Source: Candidatus Melainabacteria bacterium 17Bon1m (GTDB taxonomy: Bacteria > Cyanobacteriota > Vampirovibrionia > Obscuribacterales > Obscuribacteraceae). Taken from it: 64,000 nt of DNA. Under the pieces are notes generated by a model, which was not told where the DNA came from, did no database searches, and saw only the letters and a program-made list of their open reading frames with translations. Of the stretch, positions 11,201 through 21,066 are shown piece after piece (the first letter of the stretch is position 1; each line of letters starts with the position of its first letter). Position numbers and translations under genes: made by a program. The stretch covers positions 256,001 to 320,000 of the forward strand of contig JAVLKG010000005.1 in the NCBI GenBank assembly GCA_032128875.1, written 5' to 3'.

Positions 11201-11389
11201 CTGGGCGTACTTCCAATCGCTGTTCTGGGGGGCGCTGGCCGTGAATTAGAACAGCCTCTGGCGATTGTAATTCTCGGCGGCATGGTCACGTCCACAGCAC
11301 TGACTCTGGTGGTAATCCCTGCGCTTCTGAAGCTGTTTGGTTCAGGTATTCGCCAAGGCGAAACGATTGACGTGCCCAAAAGCGAGTGA
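8288..11389 (+). CDS. Heavy-metal efflux RND permease, CusA/CzcA family
   Basis: 1033 aa; MPVDVFPD, APEEVE, AIGEVVDDAIIDVEN, RLSPVLMTA, ELEQPLAIVILGG. Confidence 0.95.
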   Translation: MINRFIQWSINNRWIVAILAFVWLLAGVYATDTMPVDVFPDFAPVRVVVLTEAPGFAPEEVESLVTRPLESNLNGTANVKVVRSVSTIGLSVITIIFQDSTNVLVARQLVSEKIQSVRGQLPDNVKEPVLAPMTTAAGDILKIGLYSTGETSSMDLRTLADWTLRMRLMAVPGVSNVVVTGGDVKQYQVLVDPEKLKQYDVTLAQVVAAARGSNLNTAGGIVRTNEREELVRGLGRISSPAEIAETVVVERGSQPILLGNVADVKLGAQFKIGDAIVDGHPGVVLTVFKQPEANTLETTRTLEKALNDLRQTFPKDVQVITTFRQADFIEIAVKNVSEAVILGGVLVIIILFAFLQNWRTAIISLTAIPLSLLSAIIALKFHGYTINTMTLGGLAIAIGEVVDDAIIDVENIYRRLRENASSAQPKSALAVMYEASAEVRGAVVYATMIVALMFLPVLSLKGLEGKIFTPLAYAYLVSLLASLGVALTVTPAMCAILLKKTKGGEEADGRVIKFLKRVYSPILDFSLRRPRSIVAGALLLFLFSMGNLFVLGTEFLPPFDENNLIVVTTFMPGTSLDTTTQMGTELTSHFIDKHEIMAASQRAGRAEGGEDYGASNVSEFDIRLKPDTPDKQRLLNHIRHEFSHVPGLIADSGSYLQHRMDHALSGVNAAIAVKLFGPDLDVLHENALKIEKVMKEIRGAVDVHVEQIVDVPQISIKVNREAAARYGVRVKDLSDSIEAAFRGVTVSQVLEGQKAFDMYVWLKPEYRNNLNVIKSTLVDTPANMKVPLGALASVTEGESPNTISHENISRRVVVQANVSGRDLGSLISEAKSRIAKEVQLPTGYYVVYGGQFEAQEEASRQLGILLAAALVGMFLLLSLAFKSPKAAIIIMANLPLALVGGIWAVLFSGAVLSVGSMVGFMTLFGISTRNGIMLVSHFNQLLDDGGSLEDIVRHSALDRLSPVLMTALAASLGVLPIAVLGGAGRELEQPLAIVILGGMVTSTALTLVVIPALLKLFGSGIRQGETIDVPKSE

Positions 11390-11473
11390 CAATCAGGCAT
11401 ACGATAAAAGTTCGCGGCGATTTTGAACTCTTTGCTAAAGGTTTTCGTCTTATTAATTGGTAGCTAGTGGCAG

Positions 11474-11503
11474 CAAAAATAAAAGCCGCCGAGGGGCGGC
11501 TTC
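11474..11503 (-). terminator. Intrinsic terminator-like hairpin (may act bidirectionally)
   Basis: AAGCCGCC-GAGG-GGCGGCTT stem; on the minus strand followed by TTTATTTTT. Confidence 0.55.
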
Positions 11504-11508
11504 AAAGT

Positions 11509-11580
11509 GGGGCTCGTTATGGTCGGCACCAGCGCTGCCTGTCAAGCTTCCGCGAAGCGGTTCGACTCCGCCGGGCTCCA
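11509..11580 (+). tRNA. Non-canonical or degenerate tRNA-like element with a GUC anticodon loop
   Basis: GGGGCTCG/CGGGCTCC acceptor stem plus A; T-arm GCGG-TTCGACT-CCGC; D hairpin TGGT-CGGC-ACCA; loop CTGTCAA; imperfect anticodon stem; no encoded CCA. Confidence 0.6.
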
Positions 11581-11655
11581 CTCCCCTCAGTATATCACGG
11601 TGTCTTGGTGGCCAATTCGTTTCAATTCACGCGCACTTCACAGGTAGGAGTCTTA

Positions 11656-12174
11656 ATGGTCAAAGGTTGTATCGATCGGAGACCTGGTTGTGGCTCGGCA
11701 GAAATTTTTGGCGCAAAGTCGTCTTGCAATGATCGCTGTCATATCCGCTAGCACCGCTGTTTGGTAACGCGCGTTACTTCACCGGTTGCCGGACGCGTAA
11801 CGCAGGTGATGGCGGTCGTTGGGCAACATGTTGCTGAAGGTCAGCCACTGCTGCTTTTGAGCAGCCAAGATATCGGGCAAGCTGAATCTGATTTGCTGCA
11901 AAATGAAGGAACAGTCGCCGCTGATTTGAAGAAAGACTTGTTGCAAGTTGATTCTGACACTTCACTTGCAGAGGCTCATTTGAAACTCTCAGAGAGCACC
12001 TTCAAGCGCGTCAGTAGTTTGCTAGACGAGAAGATCGCTTCGCGTGCTGATTACGAAGCAGCGCGTACTCATTGGGAGGAGGACAAGATTAGTCTTGAAA
12101 CCTTAAAACGCAAGCGCACTGCCACGGTTTCGCTCTCAAGCGAGCGCTTGAAGAATTTCTGGTTTGGAACTTAA
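11656..12174 (+). pseudogene. Truncated RND membrane-fusion protein remnant
   Basis: VTSPVAGRVTQVMAVVGQHVAEGQPLL plus a coiled coil resembling 6768..8291, ending abruptly. The upstream AGGAG-ATG frame stops at 11751. Confidence 0.72.
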
Positions 12175-12265
12175 CGAGCCTGTAGTAACAAAGGGTAGCT
12201 TTGAGCTGGAGTCAGAGTCTTTGAAAGCCTCGGACTGAGACAGGGAAACATGCTAGAGTTTTGCA

Positions 12266-13729
12266 ATGAAAATTGCTCTGGCATGCTCGACTTTTCCGCC
12301 AGATGGGGCTAATGGCGGCACAGCGACCTTCTATTCAGAACTGGCGCGCGCATTAGCGTCACTTGGACACGACATACTTGTTGTCACTCTCACAAATGAG
12401 ATGGCGTGCAGTATGACAGTTGACGGCGTGCGCGTAGAACGAATCTATTTCGATGAGTCGCAGTACCAAAATTTGCAGTTGCTCGGGTTTGTTCCATTTA
12501 CTGCCTGGTATATGAGCCGCGCAGTGCATTTGTACAAGCATTCGATAGCGCTTTTGGATGAGTTCAAGCCAGATATTCTCGAATGTCACGAACATGGTTT
12601 TCTTGGACTCCTACTGCAGTCGAAAGACTATCCGATGGTTGTTCGCTGCCTCTGTCCAGCGTTTCAATCCATGGCGTTAAACGGCGATGATAAGCGCTAT
12701 CCCGTCGATACTCATCTGATCTCGGCAATGGAAATTGCTTTTCTTCAAAGTGCTGACTCTCTCACCTGTCCTAGTACAAGCCTCGCTGGAATCATCAGCA
12801 AACAAACGGGTATTCCCTCGGAGCGTTTTGAAATAATTCGAAATCCGCTTGCTCAGGAGGTTGCCTCCCACAGCAAATCTGATGAACGAAATTTCCCCCG
12901 CCTTGCTTTTGTGGGACGGATAGAACATCTGAAGGGTTGCGATTTGCTTGTTGAGATGTTGCCGGATGTTTTGAAGCTCTTCCCAAATGCGACGCTCACT
13001 TTCATCGGAGAAGAAGGAAAGTCTCCCGGAATGGAGAATAGTTTTAGTCAACAGCTTCGACTTCGCGCACAAGAATTAGGGTGTGCTGATCGCGTGATCT
13101 TCGCCGGATTAATAACGCGCAGTCAGCTTGCCACTCGCGTCAGGGACGCTGACATCGCGATTTTTCCCTCGCGCTACGATAGCTCTCCATATGCTTGTCT
13201 CGAAGCTATGTCTTTCGGAGTGCCGGTTGTCGCCAGCAATGTGGGCGGCATTCCTGAGTATGTGGAGAATGGCATTTCGGGAATGCTATTCGAGTCTGAA
13301 AATGTGGCAAAGCTCTCAAATGCTGTGATCGAGCTTTGTAAGGACGCCGTACTGCGAGACAAGATCGCAAAGTCCGGACAAGAGAGCGTGCTGAATATGT
13401 GCAATCCGCGAGCTGTTGGACTGAAGACTCAGGAGTTGTACGAGAGTACTCTGCGAGAGTTTAAAAACGGTAACCAGAGAGCGAACAAGGCGAATTTATT
13501 GGATGACCGCGTGATCGCCGCTTTGCTGTCCGCATTTGATGATTTGGTTCAAACGCCCTATTACCGAGAGCGTCTTGACAGCGAGTTGCAGTCGCATATG
13601 GAAGAGGTTTATCAAAGTGGTGTCAGGGCGGGATTTCGTGCCGGGCGACGCTCGATTGCATCAAATCCTGCTGGTGCGATGATCGATGGGATTAAGTTTC
13701 TTGCCCGTTCGTATAAGAAGAAGTTGTAG
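12266..13729 (+). CDS. Glycosyltransferase family 4
   Basis: [50 protein letters not shown]. Confidence 0.93.
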   Translation: MKIALACSTFPPDGANGGTATFYSELARALASLGHDILVVTLTNEMACSMTVDGVRVERIYFDESQYQNLQLLGFVPFTAWYMSRAVHLYKHSIALLDEFKPDILECHEHGFLGLLLQSKDYPMVVRCLCPAFQSMALNGDDKRYPVDTHLISAMEIAFLQSADSLTCPSTSLAGIISKQTGIPSERFEIIRNPLAQEVASHSKSDERNFPRLAFVGRIEHLKGCDLLVEMLPDVLKLFPNATLTFIGEEGKSPGMENSFSQQLRLRAQELGCADRVIFAGLITRSQLATRVRDADIAIFPSRYDSSPYACLEAMSFGVPVVASNVGGIPEYVENGISGMLFESENVAKLSNAVIELCKDAVLRDKIAKSGQESVLNMCNPRAVGLKTQELYESTLREFKNGNQRANKANLLDDRVIAALLSAFDDLVQTPYYRERLDSELQSHMEEVYQSGVRAGFRAGRRSIASNPAGAMIDGIKFLARSYKKKL

Positions 13730-13789
13730 TTGCAGCGCTTAGTTTTTGAGCACCAGACCCTCTCGAGCAGAGCCTCTGCGGAAAAGCAC

Positions 13790-13958
13790 TGACCGTGGTG
13801 GCGAATGAGGAATGAATCGTCAGTTCTCCTCCTGAGATCAAATCGGGAATGCGCGCCGATGGTCTGCGCAACATAGCCCGCACCCTTGCTAAGAGTTCGC
13901 GAAGTTCAAAAGGCTTGGACAAGTAGTCGTCGGCTCCGGCATTGAGACCGGCTTCTCG
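13790..13958 (-). pseudogene. OmpR-type response regulator fragment
   Basis: [33 protein letters not shown]; lacks the receiver N-terminus and the winged helix. Confidence 0.8.
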
Positions 13959-14091
13959 TCGATATTAAGAGTTCAATTTCTTCCTCATGACTAGGGTCGG
14001 GGTGCGGAGGAAGGCGTAAAATAAGCCGCACGAGATATTGAGGAACGCCGCAGTCGCGTTCGTGCAAACGCTAGCTTGTCACAGGTGAAGT

Positions 14092-16752
14092 ATGGATATT
14101 AACTCTGCTGTTGCTTCGAGCGATACGACGATTCACTATTTCATGAAAGGTAGCCCGCCCGCTAAGGTTGCTTTGACGAGCGTGGGTGGCAAGGCGCATT
14201 CCCTAATCCGCATGGTCGAGTTACAACTTCCGGTTCCGCCCGGTTTTGTGCTGCCGGTGGAGTTTTTCTGCGATTGGTTCGACACTATCAAAAAGACGAG
14301 CGCATGGACTGCGTTTATCGAGGCAGACGTGAATTCGAAATTGCGGTCATCGTGCGACGCTCTCAAGAGAGAAGCGATGAAGTTGAGTTTTTCGAAACAG
14401 CAGCAAGAGGCAGTTGATGCGGCTCTGGCGAAGTTGGATCACAAAGGTGGTTTGTTCGCGGTGCGCTCATCATCTCCTGAAGAGGATCTTGAAGGTGCCT
14501 CTTTCGCAGGTGGATACGAGACGATTTTGGGCGTCACACAAGAAAGCATTGAAGACGCTGTAAAGCGCGCTTTTGCCTCTTGCCTCGACCAGCGCGTGGC
14601 TGTTTATAAGAAGCAAAACAATTTCGATTTCCGCACTCCCAAGATTGCAGTTGCTGTGCAAACACAGATTGCGTCCGATATTGCCGGTGTTTGTTTTTCA
14701 TTGAATCCGGTCAGCAACTCCTATGACGAGGCTGTCATCAATGCCAATTGGGGGTTGGGGGAAACAGTCGTAGCCGGAATTGCGACGCCCGACACTTTCA
14801 TTGTTGATAAATACAAAAAACAGATTGTGCAAAAGCAGCTAGGCGGAAAGGAAACATCTATCTGGCTCTTGCCGGGTGGCGGCACTGAAGAGCGCGCAGA
14901 TAACCGCAATGACGACTTCTCTCTAACTGACGGGCAAATCATTGATTTGACGAATCTGATCGTTAAGGTCGAGGAGAGCTACGGGCGTCCTATGGACATC
15001 GAATGGGCTTATGCGGCGGGAGAAATGTTCCTCTTGCAGGCTCGCCCGATTACAACTTTCATACCGCTTCCAGCAGAACTAATTACTCAGCCGGGCGCGC
15101 AAAAACGTCTCTATCTTGACGTCACTATCTGCGTTCAGGGACTTTTCAAGCCAATTTCTGTACTTGGAACATCATTCTTGCGCGGAGCTGCTTCGCTGAT
15201 TACGTCGAAATTGTTCGGTAAAGACTTGACCAAGAATGTGGACGACGCGTTCAGCTACATGTCTGACGGGCGCATCTATTGCAATATCTCGAACGTCTTG
15301 GCGTATGCAAAACAAGAGAAAGCCTCGAAGTTTTTCAACAATATGGATCCGACTGCTGCGAAAATCATCGCATCGGTGAACGAAGACGAGTATCGGTCGC
15401 ACAACAAGGCTATCAAGCACATTCCGTTGCATTTGTTCTTTCAATTGCCTGCCATTGGTCTGCATGTTCTAGAGGCACGTTTGTTGCCGGAGCACGCTCA
15501 GCGACATGTGGTGCAAGAAGTGAAGGAATTTAAGCGTGATGTGCGTCACCTCGCAGAGGAGGATATGCCTTTTGACCAACTCGCGGACGCGCTCTTTGAA
15601 CGGTTGAGAAAGTCTGTTTTCAGTGCTGTCATGCCAGCTTTCGCGACGTCTCGAATTGCTTTGGAGCGAATGAAGGCGGTTGCGGGTGAAGGAAAGTACG
15701 AAGGCGAGTTCAAAGATTTGGAACGCGCTGTGCCGCATAATCCCACGGTTGAGATGGGTCTGTCGCTCTATCACATGTCGCAGCTTTTGCCGGAGAATCT
15801 AGATACTTCGAATTTGGAAGAAAAGCTGGATGCGCGCCAACTTCCAAGGACCTTTCTGGCTGCGTGGGACGAATTTATGGATCTCTACGGTCACCGTGGT
15901 CCCACTGAGCTGGACATTGCAGCGCCAAGATTTCGCGAGCAGCCCGCGACTTTACTTGCGCAGGTAGCGACACTTCGTAAATCGACTTCGGCGGAAGATA
16001 ATCCACAGGAACGCTTCGACCGTGGGCAAGTCACACGTCATCAGGCTTTTGAAAAACTCTGCGAGCAATTGCACGACAAAGGCTGGCTGACGATGAAGGA
16101 TTTTTCCTCGCTTTATCGAGTGTACGAAACACTCGCAGGTTATCGCGAGATGCCGAAGTATATGATGATCTATTGCATTGATACGCTCAGGCAGCGCGCT
16201 TTAAAGTACGGAAAGGAGCTGTTTGAGGCGGGGCGCCTCGACAGCATTGAGCAAATTTTTGATTTGAAGATTGAGCAAATTGCGCTCGCTCAGACAGACA
16301 ATAATCTCGACTTGCGAAAATTGGCTGCTGAAAACACTGTAGTCATCAAACAATTGAATGCTGTGGCGAACCTGCCGTTGGTAATTGACTCGCGCGGTAA
16401 GATCATCAATCCACCTCCAGTTGAAGCCAAAGAAGGTGAGATTGTCGGAACCGCTGTTTCTTCCGGCATCATCACCGGGCCTATAAAAGTGCTTCATTCT
16501 CCTGATGAAAAGCCGTTAGAACGCGGCGATATTCTTGTCGCTCGCGCTACCGATCCAGGCTGGACTCCATTGTTTGTGAATGCTGCTGCCGTGATCCTCG
16601 AAGTTGGTGGCATGCTCCAGCATGGTGCACTGGTCGCTCGCGAGTACGGACTGCCTTGCGTGACTGGTGTTAAAGATGCCACCAAACTATGGGAGGATGG
16701 CACCATGGTAGAAGTCGACGGTACCAACGGGATTGTTCGGATCATTCACTAA
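14092..16752 (+). CDS. PEP-synthase-family ATP-grasp / His-swivel kinase with rifampin-phosphotransferase-like architecture
   Basis: VGGKA, AVRSSSPEEDLEGASFAG, GLGETVVAG, DIEWA, LQARPIT; central helical domain; C-terminal TDPGWTPLF...HGALVAREYGLP. Confidence 0.85.
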   Translation: MDINSAVASSDTTIHYFMKGSPPAKVALTSVGGKAHSLIRMVELQLPVPPGFVLPVEFFCDWFDTIKKTSAWTAFIEADVNSKLRSSCDALKREAMKLSFSKQQQEAVDAALAKLDHKGGLFAVRSSSPEEDLEGASFAGGYETILGVTQESIEDAVKRAFASCLDQRVAVYKKQNNFDFRTPKIAVAVQTQIASDIAGVCFSLNPVSNSYDEAVINANWGLGETVVAGIATPDTFIVDKYKKQIVQKQLGGKETSIWLLPGGGTEERADNRNDDFSLTDGQIIDLTNLIVKVEESYGRPMDIEWAYAAGEMFLLQARPITTFIPLPAELITQPGAQKRLYLDVTICVQGLFKPISVLGTSFLRGAASLITSKLFGKDLTKNVDDAFSYMSDGRIYCNISNVLAYAKQEKASKFFNNMDPTAAKIIASVNEDEYRSHNKAIKHIPLHLFFQLPAIGLHVLEARLLPEHAQRHVVQEVKEFKRDVRHLAEEDMPFDQLADALFERLRKSVFSAVMPAFATSRIALERMKAVAGEGKYEGEFKDLERAVPHNPTVEMGLSLYHMSQLLPENLDTSNLEEKLDARQLPRTFLAAWDEFMDLYGHRGPTELDIAAPRFREQPATLLAQVATLRKSTSAEDNPQERFDRGQVTRHQAFEKLCEQLHDKGWLTMKDFSSLYRVYETLAGYREMPKYMMIYCIDTLRQRALKYGKELFEAGRLDSIEQIFDLKIEQIALAQTDNNLDLRKLAAENTVVIKQLNAVANLPLVIDSRGKIINPPPVEAKEGEIVGTAVSSGIITGPIKVLHSPDEKPLERGDILVARATDPGWTPLFVNAAAVILEVGGMLQHGALVAREYGLPCVTGVKDATKLWEDGTMVEVDGTNGIVRIIH

Positions 16753-16809
16753 ACAGTGATGCACTTCTTCGCTCGAAGGTGTATTCGGCTCGATTGACGT
16801 ATTAAAAGG

Positions 16810-18078
16810 TTAATTGCTGTGGGAATCTGTAAGTCTCGCTGCTTCGGAATTTGCCACCGGCGCCTTCTTCCAGACATAGACAAACAGCGCTGTTGAGAGC
16901 GAAAGAAGCAGAAAGAACCAGGGATTGAACTGCCCACCGTTGAGCAAGTAATTGTGCTGAATTTCGATTGATACCGGAAGCACAAAAACAATCGTGCCTA
17001 GCATGACTGCAAGTTTCCATACCTGTCCAAAAGGTAAAAGGGAATCATTGAAAATCATAATGATTGTTGGGACCAGCAGCAAAAGATCATAGGTGTGGCA
17101 ATGCATGGAAGCAACGAGTGCCAGCGGCATGAAACCAAGAGCCCCTAGACGTAGAGCGTTTTCATGGTGACGGTATTTCCAGCCAACGAAAACACCGAGC
17201 GCGATGGTCGCAAGATAAAGAGCCGAAGTCACAGTGAAAATTGTTGGTGCTGCGTCCGGAAATAGCCTCAGCAATTGTCCACGCACCGTTGGATTTAGCT
17301 CCGGCTGCATGTAAGGAACGCTGCTCGGCGCACTAACCAATGCCATGTAATTTGATAAGCCAGTCGTCCCCATTTGAAAGAATGCGATAGCACTCAAAAC
17401 AGCGAAAACTATCAAGCAAACTATCAAGGCCTTAAAGCGTTTTGCGCCTGCTAAGTATGCGAGAAAGGGCAGCAGCTGTTGCGGTTTGAGAACGAAGAAG
17501 GCGAGGAACAAACCGGCGCCGATATCTTGTTTTTTCTCGAGACAGTAAATTGCACCCATGTACGAAAGTAGAAGCATTGGAGCAAGCTGATCAATGCGCA
17601 GAGAATTGTAAGCAGCATCAGAAAGCCCGACTGCCGCCAACAAGTAGCATGTTTGCTTGTAGCCAAGATTGAATGTTTTCTTCATTACGAAAATAGCGGC
17701 CGCTAGACAACCGGCAAGCAAGAATTTCCACACGTAACGCATAACCTCGGGTGGCACAAAAGCAATGGGCGTCAGCAATGCCAAACCCTGTGGTGGGACG
17801 AACAGCGGGACAATGCGCTGTCCCATAGATGGATAGAGCCGGTGTTGTGCTTCTTCCAAACCCTTGAGCGTGTATCCGTCTGCGCCACGACCTTCGAGGA
17901 TCAATTTTGCCGGTGCGTAGTATTCAGGCAAATCGCTAATGCCGCCAAAAGCCGGCAGAGACAAATAGATAAGTGTGCATAGGGCACCAACGCCAATCAC
18001 CGCAAAAATCGTCGCGATGATGTTTTCTATCAGCGCGATTTTCCTAGCCTTTTCAGGATTGTCTTCGTTGGTTGTCAA
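16810..18078 (-). CDS. GT87 / DUF2029 GT-C glycosyltransferase
   Basis: DLPEYY, FVPP, DQL, LKPQ, HTYDLLLL; multiple TM segments. Confidence 0.8.
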   Translation of the reverse strand: MTTNEDNPEKARKIALIENIIATIFAVIGVGALCTLIYLSLPAFGGISDLPEYYAPAKLILEGRGADGYTLKGLEEAQHRLYPSMGQRIVPLFVPPQGLALLTPIAFVPPEVMRYVWKFLLAGCLAAAIFVMKKTFNLGYKQTCYLLAAVGLSDAAYNSLRIDQLAPMLLLSYMGAIYCLEKKQDIGAGLFLAFFVLKPQQLLPFLAYLAGAKRFKALIVCLIVFAVLSAIAFFQMGTTGLSNYMALVSAPSSVPYMQPELNPTVRGQLLRLFPDAAPTIFTVTSALYLATIALGVFVGWKYRHHENALRLGALGFMPLALVASMHCHTYDLLLLVPTIIMIFNDSLLPFGQVWKLAVMLGTIVFVLPVSIEIQHNYLLNGGQFNPWFFLLLSLSTALFVYVWKKAPVANSEAARLTDSHSN

Positions 18079-18173
18079 TTTGATGCCTGCCTGCCTCGCC
18101 TTCAGAGCTTAGCGCAGAAACCCCACCAGCGCGGTGCTGAGGGGCAGAATAGTCCGAAAATGGATCTAGTGAA

Positions 18174-18206
18174 TTAGTCCGAAAAATTTCAAATTTTTCG
18201 GACTAA
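18174..18206. promoter_or_regulatory. Perfect 16-bp inverted repeat, candidate operator between divergent GT87 and GT2 genes
   Basis: TTAGTCCGAAAAATTT-C-AAATTTTTCGGACTAA; extra half-site TAGTCCGAAAA at 18150-18160. Confidence 0.55.
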
Positions 18207-18444
18207 AACTATTGAGGTGGCAGCCAGACCCACACGGGGCGGCTGTCAAGTGGGCGCGGTGAATGTTAGGAAAATAAAGAGTTTGTTTTGCGTACGTGAA
18301 CTCGATTGCTTCAAGAACAGCTGGCAAGAGGAAGAAAAAACAGCCGGGATGCTAGGATGAAACCTTTTAGATTCGGGTCTTGGCGGCGCAAGCGCAAACC
18401 ACTTTGCGACCACAAACCTCGGCACTCAGGAAAAGTTTTTAGCT

Positions 18445-19146
18445 GTGAAAAAGCTCTCGATTCTCATACCTGTCTATAACGAGCTTGGCACTTTGGTTCA
18501 GGTGCTCGATCGAGTCATTAAGGCAGAGACTCAGGGATTGGAGAAAGAGCTAGTAATAGTTGACGATGGCTCTACCGATGGAACCCGCGACATTCTCTCG
18601 ACGCTAGACGCTCGCGAATACAACGCCAAGATTTACTTCCATGATAAGAATCAAGGAAAGGGCGCCGCTCTAAGGACAGCGCTGCAGAATGCCACTGGTG
18701 ACGTCATCCTTATTCAAGACGCTGATTTAGAATATGACCCGCGCGAATACAATGAGCTGCTCAAGCCGATTTTGGAAGATCACGCGGATGTCGTCTACGG
18801 ATCACGATTATCCGGCGGAAAGCCCACGCGCGCTTTCAAAATCACACATTTGCTCGGCAACAAATTTCTGAGTTTTTTGACTAACGTCTTGTACGACTGC
18901 ACTTTGACCGACATGGAGACATGCTACAAGGTCTTCAAAGCCGAGTACATCAAGAAAGTGCAGATTCGCTCCAACCGTTTCGATTTCGAGCCTGAAATCA
19001 CCGCCAAAGTGCTGAAACAGAAAGTCAGACTAATTGAATTGCCAATCTCTTACTTTGGCAGAGACTACGCTGAAGGTAAGAAAATCACCTGGAAAGACGG
19101 CTTTGCCGCCATCTTTGCTCTGGTCAAATTCCGATTTACTGATTAA
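18445..19146 (+). CDS. GT2, DPM/DPG-synthase-like polyprenyl-phosphate glycosyltransferase
   Basis: [48 protein letters not shown]. Confidence 0.92.
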   Translation: MKKLSILIPVYNELGTLVQVLDRVIKAETQGLEKELVIVDDGSTDGTRDILSTLDAREYNAKIYFHDKNQGKGAALRTALQNATGDVILIQDADLEYDPREYNELLKPILEDHADVVYGSRLSGGKPTRAFKITHLLGNKFLSFLTNVLYDCTLTDMETCYKVFKAEYIKKVQIRSNRFDFEPEITAKVLKQKVRLIELPISYFGRDYAEGKKITWKDGFAAIFALVKFRFTD

Positions 19147-19244
19147 TGCTTGGTTGATCTTGCTATTCGTGGTGTCGGGTTTTCCCTGGCACGTTAACCG
19201 TTCCGGCCTGCAATGATTGTCGAAGATACAATCGAAGGCTAGGC

Positions 19245-19874
19245 ATGGCGTTTTCCATTGGACCAGAAACCATTCGTTTTTACTCGTTCCAGTGGCTGTT
19301 TGTCGCTTGGGCATTTGCTGCCATATATAGGGGAAGCGCTGGAGGCGATTTAGTTTCTCCAATGCACATTCGTTTCCAAAGTGCATTCGCTGACGGATTG
19401 GTTTGGTTGGCATCCTATGCTGGAATTTCAGTTGCACTCATTTCCGCTTTAGTTTCAACACTCACAAGGTGTCGTGAAGAGCTGCCCCCATTGATGTTTT
19501 TGTCCGCGTGTATTGAGCTAAACATGCTCATTTTGTTCTGGATATTTTTCTTTATAGTTGGATGTGGGGACGGACAAGTTGCCGCGTTGTTGGAAGGGGG
19601 TAATTCCAAGAAGTCAATCATGTGTTCGCTTGAGCTGAAGGATGGTTCTGCGATTGCATATGAGGTCATTGAAACGCCACCAATGACTTCCAATGAGTTT
19701 TTGCTTGTGCGTAGAAAGAGCCTTTTATTCGGGCTAGAACGAGAACAGCAAATTTTTCGCAATAGCGGCTACTCGGAAGCCAGGCTAGAGTTGTCTAAGA
19801 ACAAGCTAGTTTTGTATCGGGACCTAGAGCGAAATGAGTTTGACCTTGAGCAAATCCTAAAGCAGGGACTATAG
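19245..19874 (+). CDS. Hypothetical membrane protein
   Basis: 209-aa ORF with three hydrophobic segments and a soluble C-domain. Confidence 0.55.
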   Translation: MAFSIGPETIRFYSFQWLFVAWAFAAIYRGSAGGDLVSPMHIRFQSAFADGLVWLASYAGISVALISALVSTLTRCREELPPLMFLSACIELNMLILFWIFFFIVGCGDGQVAALLEGGNSKKSIMCSLELKDGSAIAYEVIETPPMTSNEFLLVRRKSLLFGLEREQQIFRNSGYSEARLELSKNKLVLYRDLERNEFDLEQILKQGL

Positions 19875-19887
19875 TGCTCTTGCACAG

Positions 19888-20178
19888 CTAAGCTGATTCG
19901 TCCTTCTTTTCTAATTTGCTTACTCTGCGCTCAATTCTGGCTATGCGATTTTCCAAGACAGCGTTTGCCTCTTCGCTACGCAGAAGAAACGATGTAATGC
20001 CGTTGAGCTTTAGCGAAACTTCCTTTGCTGACTTGTTTATGCTGACAGTTAGAGCGTCTACCTTGGCGTTGTTTTCATCAAGCCTAGAGTTTGTGCCATC
20101 GAGCTTTTCTCCAAGCTTGGAGAAACCGCTGCGCATCTCGCTTCTCAGCATTTCAATCAATTCTGAATCGTTAGCCAT
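19888..20178 (-). CDS. Small coiled-coil hypothetical protein
   Basis: GGAGGGG RBS; heptad pattern LENRIARIERRVSKLE. Confidence 0.7.
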   Translation of the reverse strand: MANDSELIEMLRSEMRSGFSKLGEKLDGTNSRLDENNAKVDALTVSINKSAKEVSLKLNGITSFLLRSEEANAVLENRIARIERRVSKLEKKDESA

Positions 20179-20357
20179 GACTGCCCCTCCAATACCTACA
20201 TTATTTGAGACGGAAGTTTTGTGTCAAGAGTTCAAAAATCTGAGAACGTGGATGTCGGATTTAATCTTGCGCTTGCAAGTAGGTGTTCAGGACTTTTTCA
20301 GCAGACGGGGGCGAAACTGAATTCATTACGACCCGCCCCATTCGTAGAAAAATTACT

Positions 20358-21035
20358 ATGCCAAAGATTCTTCTCGTCGACGACGATGTGCGTTTAGCTG
20401 AGCAAATTTGCGAGTATTTACAGTTAGAAAATTACGTCGTGGAGCTCGCTCATGATGGTGCAGATGCATTGCAGCTACTTGATGGGTTTCAGTTTGACCT
20501 GGTTATTCTTGATTGGGATTTGCCTGACACAAGCGGTTTAGCGATTTGCAAAAAGTTTCGTGCAGCAGGTGGAAAGACTCCGATCATATTTCTGACCGGT
20601 AAAGATTCCGTCGAGAATAAAGCAGATGGTCTGAACGAAGGCGCTGATGATTACATGACCAAACCGTTCCATCCGCGTGAGCTGAGTGCCAGACTCAAAG
20701 CCTGTTTGCGACGCCCCCCGGTGTATCATTTTGACACTTTCGTCGCGGGAGATTTGCTGCTGGAGCAGAAGCAGCGTCGCCTGACGAAGTCCGGAAAGGA
20801 CGTTCATTTGCGCCCGAAAGAGTATGCGATTCTGGAATACCTGATGCGCCACCCGAATCAGTATTTCACTTCCAGGCAACTCATCGAGAATATCTGGGAT
20901 TCGGATAGCGAAACTTCGGAAGACACCGTCAGGACTTCAATCAAGACTCTTCGCAAAAAGATCGCTGACGACGCAGAAGACTGCGCCCTCAAGACTTCCA
21001 TCGGCTATGGCTACATTTTTGAAGTTCGAAACTAA
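20358..21035 (+). CDS. OmpR/PhoB-family response regulator (no adjacent kinase)
   Basis: MPKILLVDDD, LDWDLP, FLTG, GADDYMTKPF, winged helix; ATG 20358 preferred over the called 20283. Confidence 0.95.
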   Translation: MPKILLVDDDVRLAEQICEYLQLENYVVELAHDGADALQLLDGFQFDLVILDWDLPDTSGLAICKKFRAAGGKTPIIFLTGKDSVENKADGLNEGADDYMTKPFHPRELSARLKACLRRPPVYHFDTFVAGDLLLEQKQRRLTKSGKDVHLRPKEYAILEYLMRHPNQYFTSRQLIENIWDSDSETSEDTVRTSIKTLRKKIADDAEDCALKTSIGYGYIFEVRN

Positions 21036-21066
21036 TTTTGGTGCGTTCTCACTTCTATTCAACTAT

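Noticed and set aside
11509-11790. tmRNA gene
   Set aside because: The ends resemble the tmRNA tRNA-like domain but are only 72 nt apart, and no tag reading frame was found
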